64,000 nt of DNA from Candidatus Acidiferrales bacterium (GTDB lineage: Bacteria > Acidobacteriota > Terriglobia > Acidiferrales > UBA7541). This document shows, piece after piece, positions 1 to 9,240 of this stretch (its first letter is position 1; every line of letters begins with the position of its first letter). The DNA lies in assembly GCA_035933545.1 (NCBI GenBank), contig DASYYQ010000146.1, forward strand, positions 37,668 to 101,667. The letters are read 5' to 3'. Made by a program: the position numbers and the translations under genes. Below the pieces are notes generated by a model. It made no database searches. It had not been told where the DNA came from and worked only from the letters and a program-made list of their open reading frames with translations.

Positions 1-1
1 A

Positions 2-673
2 GAAGTCGCCGTTGAAGGGCTGCTCGACAACGGCCGCCTGAAAATTCTGGCGATTTTCGACAAGCCCGACCCTCTCGAAGGCCCCTATTTCGAAGAAGCG
101 ATCTACGTCACGCCCTCGCGCCTCTCCGATGAAGAGCAGAAGGCTCTTGCAGATTGCGCGGTACGCTCAATTCGCGCCCTCGGCCTCGCGCATGGCCCGA
201 TTCACGCCGAATTTCGCATCAACGAGGCTGGCCCGTGGCCGCTCGAAATCGCGCCGCGCCCAATTGGCGGATTATGTTCGCGCGCGTTGCGATTCGGGCC
301 GCAGAAAATCTCGCTCGAGGAATTGCTGATTCGCCATGCTCTTCATTTAGGTGGAACAGAAATCGAACGTGAGGCGGAATCGTCTGGCGTAATGATGATT
401 CCCGTTCCGCGCAGCGGCATTTTCGACGGCGTCGACGGATTGCCGGAAGCCGTTCGCGAGCGTTACGTCACAGAAATTCAAATCACCGCGCGCCTGAAAG
501 ATTATGTGGCCGCGTGGCCCCAGGGCGCGAGCTATTTGGGTTTCATCTTCGCGCGCGCTGCGGAACCTGCGCAGGTCGAGTCCGCATTGCGCGAAGCTCA
601 TTCGCGATTGCATTTTACTTTTTCTCCGCGTTTGCCCGTGCAGCATCCCGTCACCGGCAAAATCCCTGCGTAA
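2..673 (+). CDS. ATP-grasp domain protein, C-terminal part (5' end outside window)
   Basis: Frame 2 is open from base 2. The translation reads EVAVEGLLDNGRLKILAIFDKPDPLEGPYFEEAIYVTPSRL...LGLAHGPIHAEFRINEAGPWPLEIAPRPIGG, a typical C-terminal ATP-grasp core. Stop at 671-673. Confidence 0.7.
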   Translation, partial: EVAVEGLLDNGRLKILAIFDKPDPLEGPYFEEAIYVTPSRLSDEEQKALADCAVRSIRALGLAHGPIHAEFRINEAGPWPLEIAPRPIGGLCSRALRFGPQKISLEELLIRHALHLGGTEIEREAESSGVMMIPVPRSGIFDGVDGLPEAVRERYVTEIQITARLKDYVAAWPQGASYLGFIFARAAEPAQVESALREAHSRLHFTFSPRLPVQHPVTGKIPA

Positions 674-754
674 ACGCGGGCCGCGCATCAGAAATCCACG
701 CGCCAAATTGTTTGGAGAATAAGGATCGTAAAGTACGCAGAGAAAGAAACTGAA

Positions 755-1072
755 TCAGCCTTTTGCCTTCTCCGGGACGTATCCCGGCGGCAGTTGCGCG
801 CCCTCGCCGAAGAAAAACTTTTCCATCTGCTCGCCAATGATCGTCTGCGACTGCGGATCCAACGGATTCAGCCGGTACTCATTCATCAGCATCTTGGAAT
901 ACTCGATCCACATCTTCCACGCTTCTTTCGAAACGTTCTCGTAGATCCTCTGCCCCAGCTCACCCTTCCACGGCACGCGCTCGAGGCCGGGCATTTCGCG
1001 CCCGAATTTCACGCATTTCACCATGCGCACGCTCGCAGCTCCCGCCGCAGCCTTGTCTTTCTCGTCCGCCAT
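755..1072 (-). CDS. yggX: Fe(2+)-trafficking / oxidative-damage protection protein YggX
   Basis: 105-aa ORF. VKCVKFGREMPGLERVPWKGELGQRIYENVSKEAWKMWIEYSKMLMNEYRLNP matches the YggX family pattern (E. coli ...[21 protein letters not shown]...MLINEKKLN). Confidence 0.85.
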   Translation of the reverse strand: MADEKDKAAAGAASVRMVKCVKFGREMPGLERVPWKGELGQRIYENVSKEAWKMWIEYSKMLMNEYRLNPLDPQSQTIIGEQMEKFFFGEGAQLPPGYVPEKAKG

Positions 1073-1275
1073 TCATTTCCTCCGCCGCGAACTCAATCTG
1101 CCACTCAACATTCGCAATCCAATATTGAAGATACTGCATCTCCGCGCAATTTCCTAGCCTCGAACACCAGCGCATCGCAAGATTCACCGCGCTTGTGACT
1201 AGCCCTTCGTAGGAGCGGGACTTGCCCCGCCCGCCTTCGTTTGTGCTACAGTCTCACATCAGGGACGTAACGGCG

Positions 1276-3279
1276 ATGCGAACAAGCGCTTGGATTGCCG
1301 CCGCGGTGGGACTCTGCGGATTCTGGATCACGCAGAGATTACCAATTCGGGCAGCCCTCAGTTCTGCGAATCCTCAGACCACGACTAGCGTTAGCGTCGA
1401 AGCAGAAATGAAGGCCGGGGAAGCGGCAGATGCGAAGAAGGATTATGCCACCGCTATGGCTGCTTACCGCAGAGTCATTGAGATGCAGCCGGAAAACATC
1501 GATGCTCATAAACGTTTTGTGATGGCTTCGTGGAGCCAGGCAGAAGTTGAATTCGAGAAGCTCTACGACAACCCGGACTATGAAAAGCTGCGAAAAGGCA
1601 AATTGCACGGCCGAGCGAAGAAAGCCATAGAAGCAGAGTTGAAGAAGGCCAGTGCAGAGAGTAAGGCAGGTGACGACGCGCTGTTGGCAACCTACGACCA
1701 ATGGATCGCCGCCTACCCGAAAATGGCCGTGTTTTATTGGGCCGAAGGCTATGTCCTGCAGATGCTGGAAAAGCCAACCGGAAAGGAAGAGCTATTCCGG
1801 AAGGCGATTTCCCTCGATCCGAAGTTCGCCCCTGCGTACAACTCGATGGCCGGGATCGAATTCGATAAGGGCGACTACGTTAAGCAACGAGAATATCTGC
1901 AACAGGTGATGGAGCTTGACCCCGCGAATGCGGAGGCCGCGCGCGAATTTGCCGAGACATTTCAGTTCACTGACCCCACCGAATTCCGGCAACTTGCGGA
2001 GCGGTACGCTGAACGATTCCCACGCGATAGCGATTGCACTTACCTGTTGTATCAGTTGGAAAACGCCGAACCGCACAATGCTGCGCGCCTAGCCGTTCTT
2101 GAGCGCATGCGACGGAGCTACCTTGATGAACCGGTATCCACTGTAGGCATGGACCAGCCGGACGTCTTCACAGGATGGCTTGAAGACGCGATGATCGATT
2201 TGTTCAACCTCTACGGGCAGAGCAATCCTCAAGAGGCCTTCGACCTCGCGCAGGAGATGCAGAAGCGGACGTGGGCTGACCCGGACTGGAAGAAGGTTGT
2301 GGCGTATCAGCAGAATCTGATGAGGGCGCAACAGTTGATCACTTTAACAAAATACTCAGAGGCCTCAGCACTCTTGCAGCAGCCGTACACGGGCTGGCTC
2401 GTCACGCGTGGGCTCAATCACACGCCCATGGACCTGGCCAAGGCGAAAGCCCTTGCAGGGAATGGCAATATCCAGCAGGCGTTCGACACTTTGGCCGCGG
2501 CATGGATCAAAGCGCCGGATCCGCAACTGAAAGCGGCGTTGCTCAAATGCGGAACAAAGCTGGGAAAAACTTCTGAGCAAGTAGATGATTATGTATGGCA
2601 AAAATGGACCGCAAATGCCAAGAAGATGAAACCTTTTAAGTTGAAGGAGGTACTTAGCGGCAAAAAGATCAAGCTCTCGGATTTTCGCGGCAGAGTAATC
2701 TTGGTCAGTTTCTGGTTCCCTTTATGCGGGCCGTGCCGGGGGGAGATGCCTTACTTTGACGAAGTCGCAAAAAAGTATCAGCCTCAAGGGTTCGTTATTC
2801 TGGCAATCAATGGGATCCCCGTCCAAAATAGCCTCGCGCCAGGCGTCCTGAAAAATTACGACATCATGGGCCTGCAAGTTCCCTCCAACAAATGGGCCAA
2901 GAAGTACGATAACGTCCAGGGTTATCCCACAAATTACCTGCTCGATCCCAAAGGCCGCATCATGGCTCATCCGGACGTACGCAGCGTGGACGCGCTTAAG
3001 ACGCTCGAGAGGCAGATTGATGCGCTCTTAGCACGGGGCCAAGAACAAGTAGTCGCCAACGCACACGCGACTAAGTCGTCGACAGACAACGCCTTTCCGG
3101 CTGCTCTGTCTTTCTACTCCGCCATTCATTTCCTCCGCAACCACCAGCAGGAAATAGCTAAGGAGCGCGCAATCGAGTTACCGAAATATTCTGACCGAAT
3201 TCTTTGTTGGGGTCGGCTCCGAAGCGCGCCAGCACTGCCGCATCGAGTCGCATTTCCGCCACCTGAGCCAGCCAGATAG
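1276..3279 (+). CDS. TPR-repeat protein with C-terminal TlpA/ResA-like thioredoxin-fold domain (CGPC)
   Basis: Long ORF; the ATG at 1276 (MRTSAWIAAAVGLCGFWI, an N-terminal hydrophobic anchor) is preferred over the TTG at 1222. The middle has TPR-like repeats (AYRRVIEMQPENIDAH, FRKAISLDPKFAPAYNSMAGIEF, QQVMELDPANAEA). The C-terminus reads LSDFRGRVILVSFWFPLCGPCRGEMPYFDEVAKKYQPQGFVILAING, a redoxin CxxC motif. Confidence 0.75.
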   Translation: MRTSAWIAAAVGLCGFWITQRLPIRAALSSANPQTTTSVSVEAEMKAGEAADAKKDYATAMAAYRRVIEMQPENIDAHKRFVMASWSQAEVEFEKLYDNPDYEKLRKGKLHGRAKKAIEAELKKASAESKAGDDALLATYDQWIAAYPKMAVFYWAEGYVLQMLEKPTGKEELFRKAISLDPKFAPAYNSMAGIEFDKGDYVKQREYLQQVMELDPANAEAAREFAETFQFTDPTEFRQLAERYAERFPRDSDCTYLLYQLENAEPHNAARLAVLERMRRSYLDEPVSTVGMDQPDVFTGWLEDAMIDLFNLYGQSNPQEAFDLAQEMQKRTWADPDWKKVVAYQQNLMRAQQLITLTKYSEASALLQQPYTGWLVTRGLNHTPMDLAKAKALAGNGNIQQAFDTLAAAWIKAPDPQLKAALLKCGTKLGKTSEQVDDYVWQKWTANAKKMKPFKLKEVLSGKKIKLSDFRGRVILVSFWFPLCGPCRGEMPYFDEVAKKYQPQGFVILAINGIPVQNSLAPGVLKNYDIMGLQVPSNKWAKKYDNVQGYPTNYLLDPKGRIMAHPDVRSVDALKTLERQIDALLARGQEQVVANAHATKSSTDNAFPAALSFYSAIHFLRNHQQEIAKERAIELPKYSDRILCWGRLRSAPALPHRVAFPPPEPAR

Positions 3280-3685
3280 GCTGTCCCCGGCGCCAGCCGA
3301 ACTGTTTTTCCATTCGCGCGAGAATCGGCGCAAAGTTTTCACTGGTAAACATCCATTCGTATCCGCGCGTCCGCGCCATCTCGTACTTCCCGCAGTCGAA
3401 CTGACTCATTTGAAAACGCCAGTAGAACAGCACGAAGTAGTACAGCGGAGGGTGCGCGTTCGTCAGGCTGGCGCGGTAGGCCTCAAGCGCCGAGCCCTGA
3501 TTGACGAGCAGATAATCCAGCGCTTCATCGCCTATAAGATAGGGGCCGCGCGCCACTATTACGCGCACGATGAATCCTGCAACAAGCGCCAGCGTTGCCA
3601 GCAGCCCGATGTGCGATTCGAGCCACGCGTCGGCGCGCTCGCTCAGTCGCAAAATGATTCTGCTGGGAACTGCGCTCTCGGCCAT
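3158..3685 (-). CDS. hypothetical membrane protein with a GT-C/PMT_2-like N-terminal motif (possibly a truncated remnant)
   Basis: 175-aa ORF with one TM segment (IGLLATLALVAGFIVRVIV) followed by ...SLTNAHPPLYYFVLFYW. That is the first-loop motif of ArnT/PMT-like glycosyltransferases, but the remaining TM helices are absent. The 3' end overlaps the convergent CDS 1276..3279 by about 120 nt. Confidence 0.4.
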   Translation of the reverse strand: MAESAVPSRIILRLSERADAWLESHIGLLATLALVAGFIVRVIVARGPYLIGDEALDYLLVNQGSALEAYRASLTNAHPPLYYFVLFYWRFQMSQFDCGKYEMARTRGYEWMFTSENFAPILARMEKQFGWRRGQPIWLAQVAEMRLDAAVLARFGADPNKEFGQNISVTRLRAP

Positions 3686-3761
3686 GCCTACTTAAGATTC
3701 GGCAATAGGTCGAAAAGTTTCTCACCTCCGCCGAAAGGAACAGCATCTTGAAATGCCCCAC

Positions 3762-4940
3762 CTAGTTACTGTTCTTCCGTCCCAGAATTTCCTTCAGCTT
3801 CTCAATCGGCAGCGCTTCAATCACGTGCCCATCGCGCCCTTTCACCGTCGTCGCGCGCAGCAGCGAATTATCAATGGCCTCTTCGGTCGCTTCGCCCGCC
3901 GCCTCGAACAGCGGCGACAGCGACTCCTCCGATAACTCTTTCACCTCGACACTCTCTTGCGCGCCCGCCGCAATTTTCGTCGTCGTCGAAAACGCAATCA
4001 CAAAATCCCCGCTCCCATTGCTCCCCGAAGACCCGCTCCGCGCCAATCCAAAAACCGCCCGCTTCGCCAGCCGGTGCAACTGCCGCGCATCGAGCGGCGC
4101 CTCAGTCGCCACCACCATCATGCAAGAGCCATCCGCCGAATTGCGCGTCTCCCCGCCTGCACTCATCTCTCGCGGTGGCTGCAATTGCCGGTAAACCGGC
4201 ACGCCCGCAATCGTCAAGTTCCCGCCAAAATTCGTTTGCACCAGCACTCCCACTGTGTATCCGCCCGCGCTCGCCGGTAACACTCTGGAACTCGTGCCAA
4301 TTCCGCCCTTCCAGCCAAACGCCACCGTCCCTGTTCCCGCTCCCACCGTTCCTTCTTCCACCGGCCCGCCGCGCGCCGACTCCAGCGCCTTCACCACGTC
4401 CGCCGCTTTCACGTGCCGCCCGCGAATGTCATTCAGCCATCCATCATTCGTCTCGCCCACCACCGGATTGATCGAACGCACTTCTTCATTCCCTGGCAGC
4501 GCCAGCATCCAGTCCGTCACCGCCGCAGCCGCGTCCCAAACGCTCAGCGTGTTCGTCAGCACAATCGGCGTTTCAATCTGCCCCAGCTCATTCACTTGTG
4601 TCGAGCCGGCCAGCTTCCCAAATGCGTTGAATACGTACACCGCTCCCGCCACTTTTTGCTGAAACATATTCCCCGCATGAGGAAAAATCGCCGTCACGCC
4701 GGTGCGCACATTGTCGCCCCGAATAATCGTCACTTGCCCCACGCGCACTCCCGCCACATCGGTAATCGCATCGAGCGGCCCTGGCTCGTAAACGCCGATG
4801 TAGACCCCCAGATCCCGCGCCCTCGGCCGCTCATTTTCCGAGGCATTTGGCGAATTTTGCGCCGCCGCAACTCCAACGGCCAGCACTGCCATCAAATTCA
4901 GAATCGCCGCCTTCGCGAACGTCCCGCTGAGTTTTTTCAT
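3762..4940 (-). CDS. P1/S58 family peptidase (DmpA-type L-aminopeptidase/D-esterase), secreted
   Basis: Start taken at MKKLSGTFAKAAILNLMAVLAVGVAAAQ (signal peptide; ATG at 4940). GVRVGQVT...RTGVTAI, NAFGK, GETNDGWLNDIRG and GAGTGTVAFGWKGGIGTSSRV are DmpA-family signatures. Confidence 0.85.
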   Translation of the reverse strand: MKKLSGTFAKAAILNLMAVLAVGVAAAQNSPNASENERPRARDLGVYIGVYEPGPLDAITDVAGVRVGQVTIIRGDNVRTGVTAIFPHAGNMFQQKVAGAVYVFNAFGKLAGSTQVNELGQIETPIVLTNTLSVWDAAAAVTDWMLALPGNEEVRSINPVVGETNDGWLNDIRGRHVKAADVVKALESARGGPVEEGTVGAGTGTVAFGWKGGIGTSSRVLPASAGGYTVGVLVQTNFGGNLTIAGVPVYRQLQPPREMSAGGETRNSADGSCMMVVATEAPLDARQLHRLAKRAVFGLARSGSSGSNGSGDFVIAFSTTTKIAAGAQESVEVKELSEESLSPLFEAAGEATEEAIDNSLLRATTVKGRDGHVIEALPIEKLKEILGRKNSN

Positions 4941-5142
4941 CTCCCCTCCGTGCCCGATTCTACGCCAACGCGCATCGCCCACAATATTCCACGCGTCTAA
5001 AGACTTGCAGCCGCCGGGCCCCTGCGTTACATTCGCGGTTTCGCGCATCCGCTTTTATTGCAATTGCGCCATCTCTCATGTCAAATTCAATTCGCTCGTC
5101 CAAATCGCTCCACGAAGAAATCAATTCAAAGGAAGGCCAGCC

Positions 5143-7431
5143 ATGATAAAAAAGTTTCATTTTTCGACTCTCGCCGCAATGTTTGTTGTATTTCTCACTT
5201 GCGGCTTTTCGTCCGCCTTCGCGCAATCCAGTTCCGGCAAAGTTTCTGGTTCCATGACGCAGGACATGCGCGAATTCGTCGAAACTCCCGCGATTCCGGG
5301 ATATGAATCCGCGCTCGCCGCAAAAATCAGTGAACGCCTCAGCACCTTTCATCCAAAAACCGACAACCTCGATGACGTCATCGTCACTATCGGCTCCGGC
5401 GGTCCCGTGCGCCTCATCGTCGCACCCATGGACGAGCCCGGCTACGTCGTCAGCAACATCACTTCCGACGGCTATCTCCAGCTTCAACGGCTTCCGCAGT
5501 TCGGCGCTTTGCCGCTTTTCAATGACCTCTATTCCGCGCAGCCAGTCGAACTCCAAACGCCCTCCGGCAAATGGATTCCCGGAGTCGTCGCCGGACTTTC
5601 CATCCATCTCCTCCCCGGCCGCGCCCATCCGCCCGACCCGAACGACATTTCCAACATGTACGTGGACATCGGCGCGACTTCCGCTGCGGACGCGAGCCGC
5701 CTCGGCGCAAAACTGCTCAGCCCGATGGTCATCGATCGCACGCTTTACGACCTCGGTCCCGGCTTCGAAACTTCTCCCGCCATTGGCGACCGTTTCGGCG
5801 ACGTCGCTCTCGTCGAACTTCTTCGCCGCATCGATCCTTCCAAAATTGATGGCACGCTGGTTGTCGCTTTTGTCGCCCAACAATGGGCGGGCGCGCGCGG
5901 CCTTGAGCGCGTTCTTGATGAAGTTCATCCTGACGAGATGGTTTACGTTGGCCGGCTCACCGGCAGCCCGCCAAATCCCGCGGAGCCAACGCTACGCCGC
6001 GCCCCGCGCCGCGAACTTGGCTCCGGCGTCCTCGTCGGCGACCAATCCGCCAGCGACGAATTGTCCGGTTTCGCCGCCACTCTCAAACAGCTCGCGGATA
6101 AAAACAACATTCCGTTCGCCAAAGATTATTCCGCCCCGCTCATTCCGCTCAGCTATCTCGCCCCGCCGCAGATGCCGGAAAAAACTGTTCACATCGGCAT
6201 TCCTATTGCTTGGCCGAATACGCCCGCCGAAATGATCAGCACGAAAGATCTTGCCGATCTGACCAGTTTGCTCGAAGCGTACGTACAAGGCTCCGTCACC
6301 GTCCCGCAACCGGAAGGTGAGCTCATGGGCGTTGTCGGCGTTGTCGGCGGCGTGGTTAGTCGCACGTCGGGCGCACCGCCCACGAACGAGCAAATCCTTT
6401 CGCGCCTCTCGGAGACTTACGGTGTCAGCGACCATGAAGCTGCAGTCCGCGGGATGGTCAAGAGCTTGCTCCCCAAATGGGCCAAGCCCGAAACCGACGA
6501 CGCTGGAAATTTAATCCTGCAACTCGGCACGGCTCCCACTTCCGCCAACGCACCCAGCATGCTTTTCATCGCGCACATGGACGAAATCGGCTACGAAGTG
6601 AAGGAAATCCTCCCCAACGGCCGCCTTGCCGTGGAGACCAAAGGCGGCGGCATGCTCGACTATTATCTCGGACACGCCGCCCTCGTTCACACGGCGCACA
6701 GAGACATTCCTGGGGTGATGGAATTGCCCGACGGCTCGGACGAGCCCGGCTTCAAATGGCCGCGCGGCCGCGCGCTGATGTATCGCGTTGACGTCGGCGC
6801 GCGCTCGCCCGAAGAAGCAGCGCAAATGGGCGTCGCCGTCGGCGATTTTGTGACCATTCCCAAAAGCTATCGCCGCCTCGCCAACGACCGCGCCAATTGC
6901 CGCAGCTTCGACGACCGGGTCGGCGACACTTCGCTCATTTCGGCGGTATGGGCGCTCGGTCCCAATTTCAAAGGCCGCAACGTCACTTTCGTCTGGTCAA
7001 CTGGCGAAGAGCTCGGCCTCGTCGGCGCCGGCAAGCTCGCCGCGCGTCTGGCCGCTGAAGGCAGGGGAAAAGTCCCGCAATACGTTTTCGCCATCGACAC
7101 TTTTGTTAGCTCCGATTCGCCGCTGGAAAATCCGCGCTTCGGCGACGCCAAGCTCGGCGATGGATTTGTCGTTCGTGCCGTAGATAATTCCAACCTCATC
7201 CCGCGCAACCTCGTCGAAAAAGTGGTGCGCATCGCCCGCGCCAACAAGATTCCCGTGCAATATGGAGTCACCGGCGGCGGCAACGACGGCTCGGCGTTTC
7301 TGCGCTACGGCTCGATTGACGTCGCCCTCGGCTGGCCGCTACGTTACTCCCATTCTCCGGGCGAATTGATTAGCCTGCACGACGTGGACGCTTTGGCGCA
7401 CATCGTCGCTGCGCTTTCGCACAGTTGGTAA
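5143..7431 (+). CDS. secreted tandem M42-family (FrvX/TET-like) metallopeptidase with a degenerate N-terminal copy
   Basis: ATG at 5143 is preceded by GGAAGG, and MIKKFHFSTLAAMFVVFLTCGFSSAFAQ is a signal peptide. The C-terminal half has intact M42 motifs: FIAHMDEIGYEV, SFDDRVGD, STGEELGLVGA, FAIDTF, GGGNDGSAF, RYSHSPGE. The N-terminal half is a paralogous copy with these residues replaced. Confidence 0.8.
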   Translation: MIKKFHFSTLAAMFVVFLTCGFSSAFAQSSSGKVSGSMTQDMREFVETPAIPGYESALAAKISERLSTFHPKTDNLDDVIVTIGSGGPVRLIVAPMDEPGYVVSNITSDGYLQLQRLPQFGALPLFNDLYSAQPVELQTPSGKWIPGVVAGLSIHLLPGRAHPPDPNDISNMYVDIGATSAADASRLGAKLLSPMVIDRTLYDLGPGFETSPAIGDRFGDVALVELLRRIDPSKIDGTLVVAFVAQQWAGARGLERVLDEVHPDEMVYVGRLTGSPPNPAEPTLRRAPRRELGSGVLVGDQSASDELSGFAATLKQLADKNNIPFAKDYSAPLIPLSYLAPPQMPEKTVHIGIPIAWPNTPAEMISTKDLADLTSLLEAYVQGSVTVPQPEGELMGVVGVVGGVVSRTSGAPPTNEQILSRLSETYGVSDHEAAVRGMVKSLLPKWAKPETDDAGNLILQLGTAPTSANAPSMLFIAHMDEIGYEVKEILPNGRLAVETKGGGMLDYYLGHAALVHTAHRDIPGVMELPDGSDEPGFKWPRGRALMYRVDVGARSPEEAAQMGVAVGDFVTIPKSYRRLANDRANCRSFDDRVGDTSLISAVWALGPNFKGRNVTFVWSTGEELGLVGAGKLAARLAAEGRGKVPQYVFAIDTFVSSDSPLENPRFGDAKLGDGFVVRAVDNSNLIPRNLVEKVVRIARANKIPVQYGVTGGGNDGSAFLRYGSIDVALGWPLRYSHSPGELISLHDVDALAHIVAALSHSW

Positions 7432-7541
7432 CTCATTCGGTACCGCAGGAGCAACTCGGCGGGTGATGTATCTCTTCTTTCAACCAGGGTCACGGCGCAT
7501 GTTGTCGCCGAACCCTCATCATCGGCGGCCGAGCACTTTGC

Positions 7542-7547
7542 TATAAT
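7542..7547 (+). promoter_or_regulatory. candidate -10 box (TATAAT) for a leaderless dNK transcript
   Basis: A perfect TATAAT ends 9 nt before the ATG at 7557 and there is no Shine-Dalgarno sequence in between. No convincing -35 was seen. Confidence 0.3.
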
Positions 7548-7556
7548 TCTGCGTCC

Positions 7557-8207
7557 ATGCCTGAGCCCAAATTCAAGCCCCCAAAATATTTCGCCATCGA
7601 AGGCCCCATACGCGTCGGCAAATCCACCCTCGCGCGCATCCTCGCCGACCGCCTGCACGCTCGGCGCATCTTCGATTGCGACGACAATCCCTTCCTCACC
7701 GATTTCTACGAGGAAAAAGCTGGCTCTGCCTTCCGCGCCCAAATGTTTTTCCTTATGGAACGCCACCAGCGCCTTCTCGAAGTCGACCGCGACGCTTCTC
7801 CTTCCCCGATTGTTTCCGATTTTCTTTTTGAGAAAGATAAAATCTTCGCCTACGTCAACCTCGACAATGAAGAGCTGAAACTCTACGAACGCTATTACGA
7901 AATGCTCGCATCTTCCCTCGCCGTCCCCGATCTGGTCATCTATCTGCAAGCCAAGCCCGAAGTCCTCAAGCAGCGCATCTCCAAAAAAGGCGCTCGCGAA
8001 GAGTCCAACATCTCCCCGGAATATCTCGAGACCATCGCACAGGCCTATGAGCATTTTTTCTTTCACTACTCCGCGTCCAATCTTCTCGTCGTGGACACTT
8101 CCGACATTGACTTCGTCGAACGGAACGCCGATTTGCAGGAACTCCTCCGCCGCCTCAAACAGCCCGTCAAAGGCACCCAGTACTTTTTGCCCCTAGGCCC
8201 TGAGTAG
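7557..8207 (+). CDS. deoxynucleoside kinase family protein
   Basis: YFAIEGPIRVGKSTLARILADRL is the P-loop. NPFLTDFY...FRAQMFFLMERH...VSDFLFEKDKIFA is typical of dNK/dCK-dGK family proteins. Confidence 0.85.
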   Translation: MPEPKFKPPKYFAIEGPIRVGKSTLARILADRLHARRIFDCDDNPFLTDFYEEKAGSAFRAQMFFLMERHQRLLEVDRDASPSPIVSDFLFEKDKIFAYVNLDNEELKLYERYYEMLASSLAVPDLVIYLQAKPEVLKQRISKKGAREESNISPEYLETIAQAYEHFFFHYSASNLLVVDTSDIDFVERNADLQELLRRLKQPVKGTQYFLPLGPE

Positions 8208-8369
8208 CCCTCAGTACACCAGCAATCCATGGCAATCCGAGCTAGCACAACCTCCGACGCATGTCTTGGCTTCGTGCTAAGAAAAATACATCCATGTTTC
8301 GCGTCGCTGGAGATTCACATCGCCATTTTTTGACCCGGCGCGTCGGATATAATCGGCCGAGGTCGCTTC

Positions 8370-8744
8370 GTGAATTCGCAATTCTACCTTGCTCTGGCCG
8401 ACGCGGTTCTGCTCGCGCATCTGCTGTACATCGCCTGGGTGATTTTCGGCGCGCTCTTCACGCGCGGACGTCCGCTGCTAGGGGCGCTCCACATCGCCAC
8501 AATTATCTGGGGCATTATCACTGAAACCACTCCCGCGCCATGCCCGCTGACCACCGCGGAAAATTGGTCCGAAGCGCGCGCTGGCGTCATGCCCTATCAC
8601 GGGCCATTTCTGCTGCACTATTTGGACGCGACCGTTTACCCCAATGTACCGGCGGCGTTGCTGATCACTGTGGCGGTGATCGTGTGCGCTCTCAATTTAC
8701 TGGTCTACGCGCGGCGCATCAAAAATCATCATTCGCTGGGATGA
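8370..8744 (+). CDS. DUF2784-like small integral membrane protein
   Basis: 124 aa with a GTG start and 3-4 hydrophobic helices. LADAVLLAHLLYIAWVIFG...HIATIIWGI...CPLTTAENW resembles DUF2784 proteins. The stop overlaps a possible ATG of the next ORF. Confidence 0.65.
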   Translation: MNSQFYLALADAVLLAHLLYIAWVIFGALFTRGRPLLGALHIATIIWGIITETTPAPCPLTTAENWSEARAGVMPYHGPFLLHYLDATVYPNVPAALLITVAVIVCALNLLVYARRIKNHHSLG

Positions 8745-8830
8745 ATCTTGCGGAGGTTTCCCTGAAGCTCTGGCGCGTCACGCGCGTTGCCCTCATAATA
8801 TCCGGTGGTTTTCTCTGTCTGGAGGCAGCC

Positions 8831-9181
8831 ATGTCGGACAATATTTCGGATTTCGAAAAATTCCGCGCGGAGATGAACAAAGAAATTCTCGGCTGCGGCC
8901 ATCTGGGGATGAAAAGGTTTTTCGCGCTGGACCATCAGGCATACGAATCGGGGGCGCTGCCCGAAAAAACGAAAGAGCTGCTGGGACTGGTGGCCTCCGC
9001 GGTGCTGCGCTGCGACGATTGCATCACCTATCATTTGTTGCGTTGCGCGGAAGAGGGATGGAAGCGCGATGAAGTGATTGACGCGCTCAACGTCGCGCTA
9101 ATTGTGGGAGGCTCGATCGCCATTCCGCACGTGCGCCGCGCCTTTGCGCGCATGCGCGAAATTCCCGCGCTCAAGCCGTAG
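8831..9181 (+). CDS. carboxymuconolactone decarboxylase (AhpD-like) family protein
   Basis: ATG at 8831 is preceded by GGAGG (8821-8825). PEKTKELLGLVASAVLRCDDCITYHL is the AhpD/CMD CxxC...H core. Confidence 0.8.
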   Translation: MSDNISDFEKFRAEMNKEILGCGHLGMKRFFALDHQAYESGALPEKTKELLGLVASAVLRCDDCITYHLLRCAEEGWKRDEVIDALNVALIVGGSIAIPHVRRAFARMREIPALKP

Positions 9182-9240
9182 ACCGAGACGAACGGCGCGG
9201 ATGTTTTGGGAGCAAACTGGAGCAGCGCATTTCTCGAAGT

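Noticed and set aside
4960-5928. 322-aa minus-strand ORF overlapping the start of the M42 peptidase gene
   Set aside because: It is antisense to a strongly supported CDS with clear family motifs. Its own translation is Arg/Gly/Ala-rich with no recognisable motif. This is a typical long antisense ORF in GC-rich DNA.
8330-8353. TTGACC ... TATAAT pair upstream of the DUF2784 gene
   Set aside because: The spacer is only 12 nt, against an optimum of 16-18 nt. At most the TATAAT alone could act as a -10 box, so it is not reported as a promoter.
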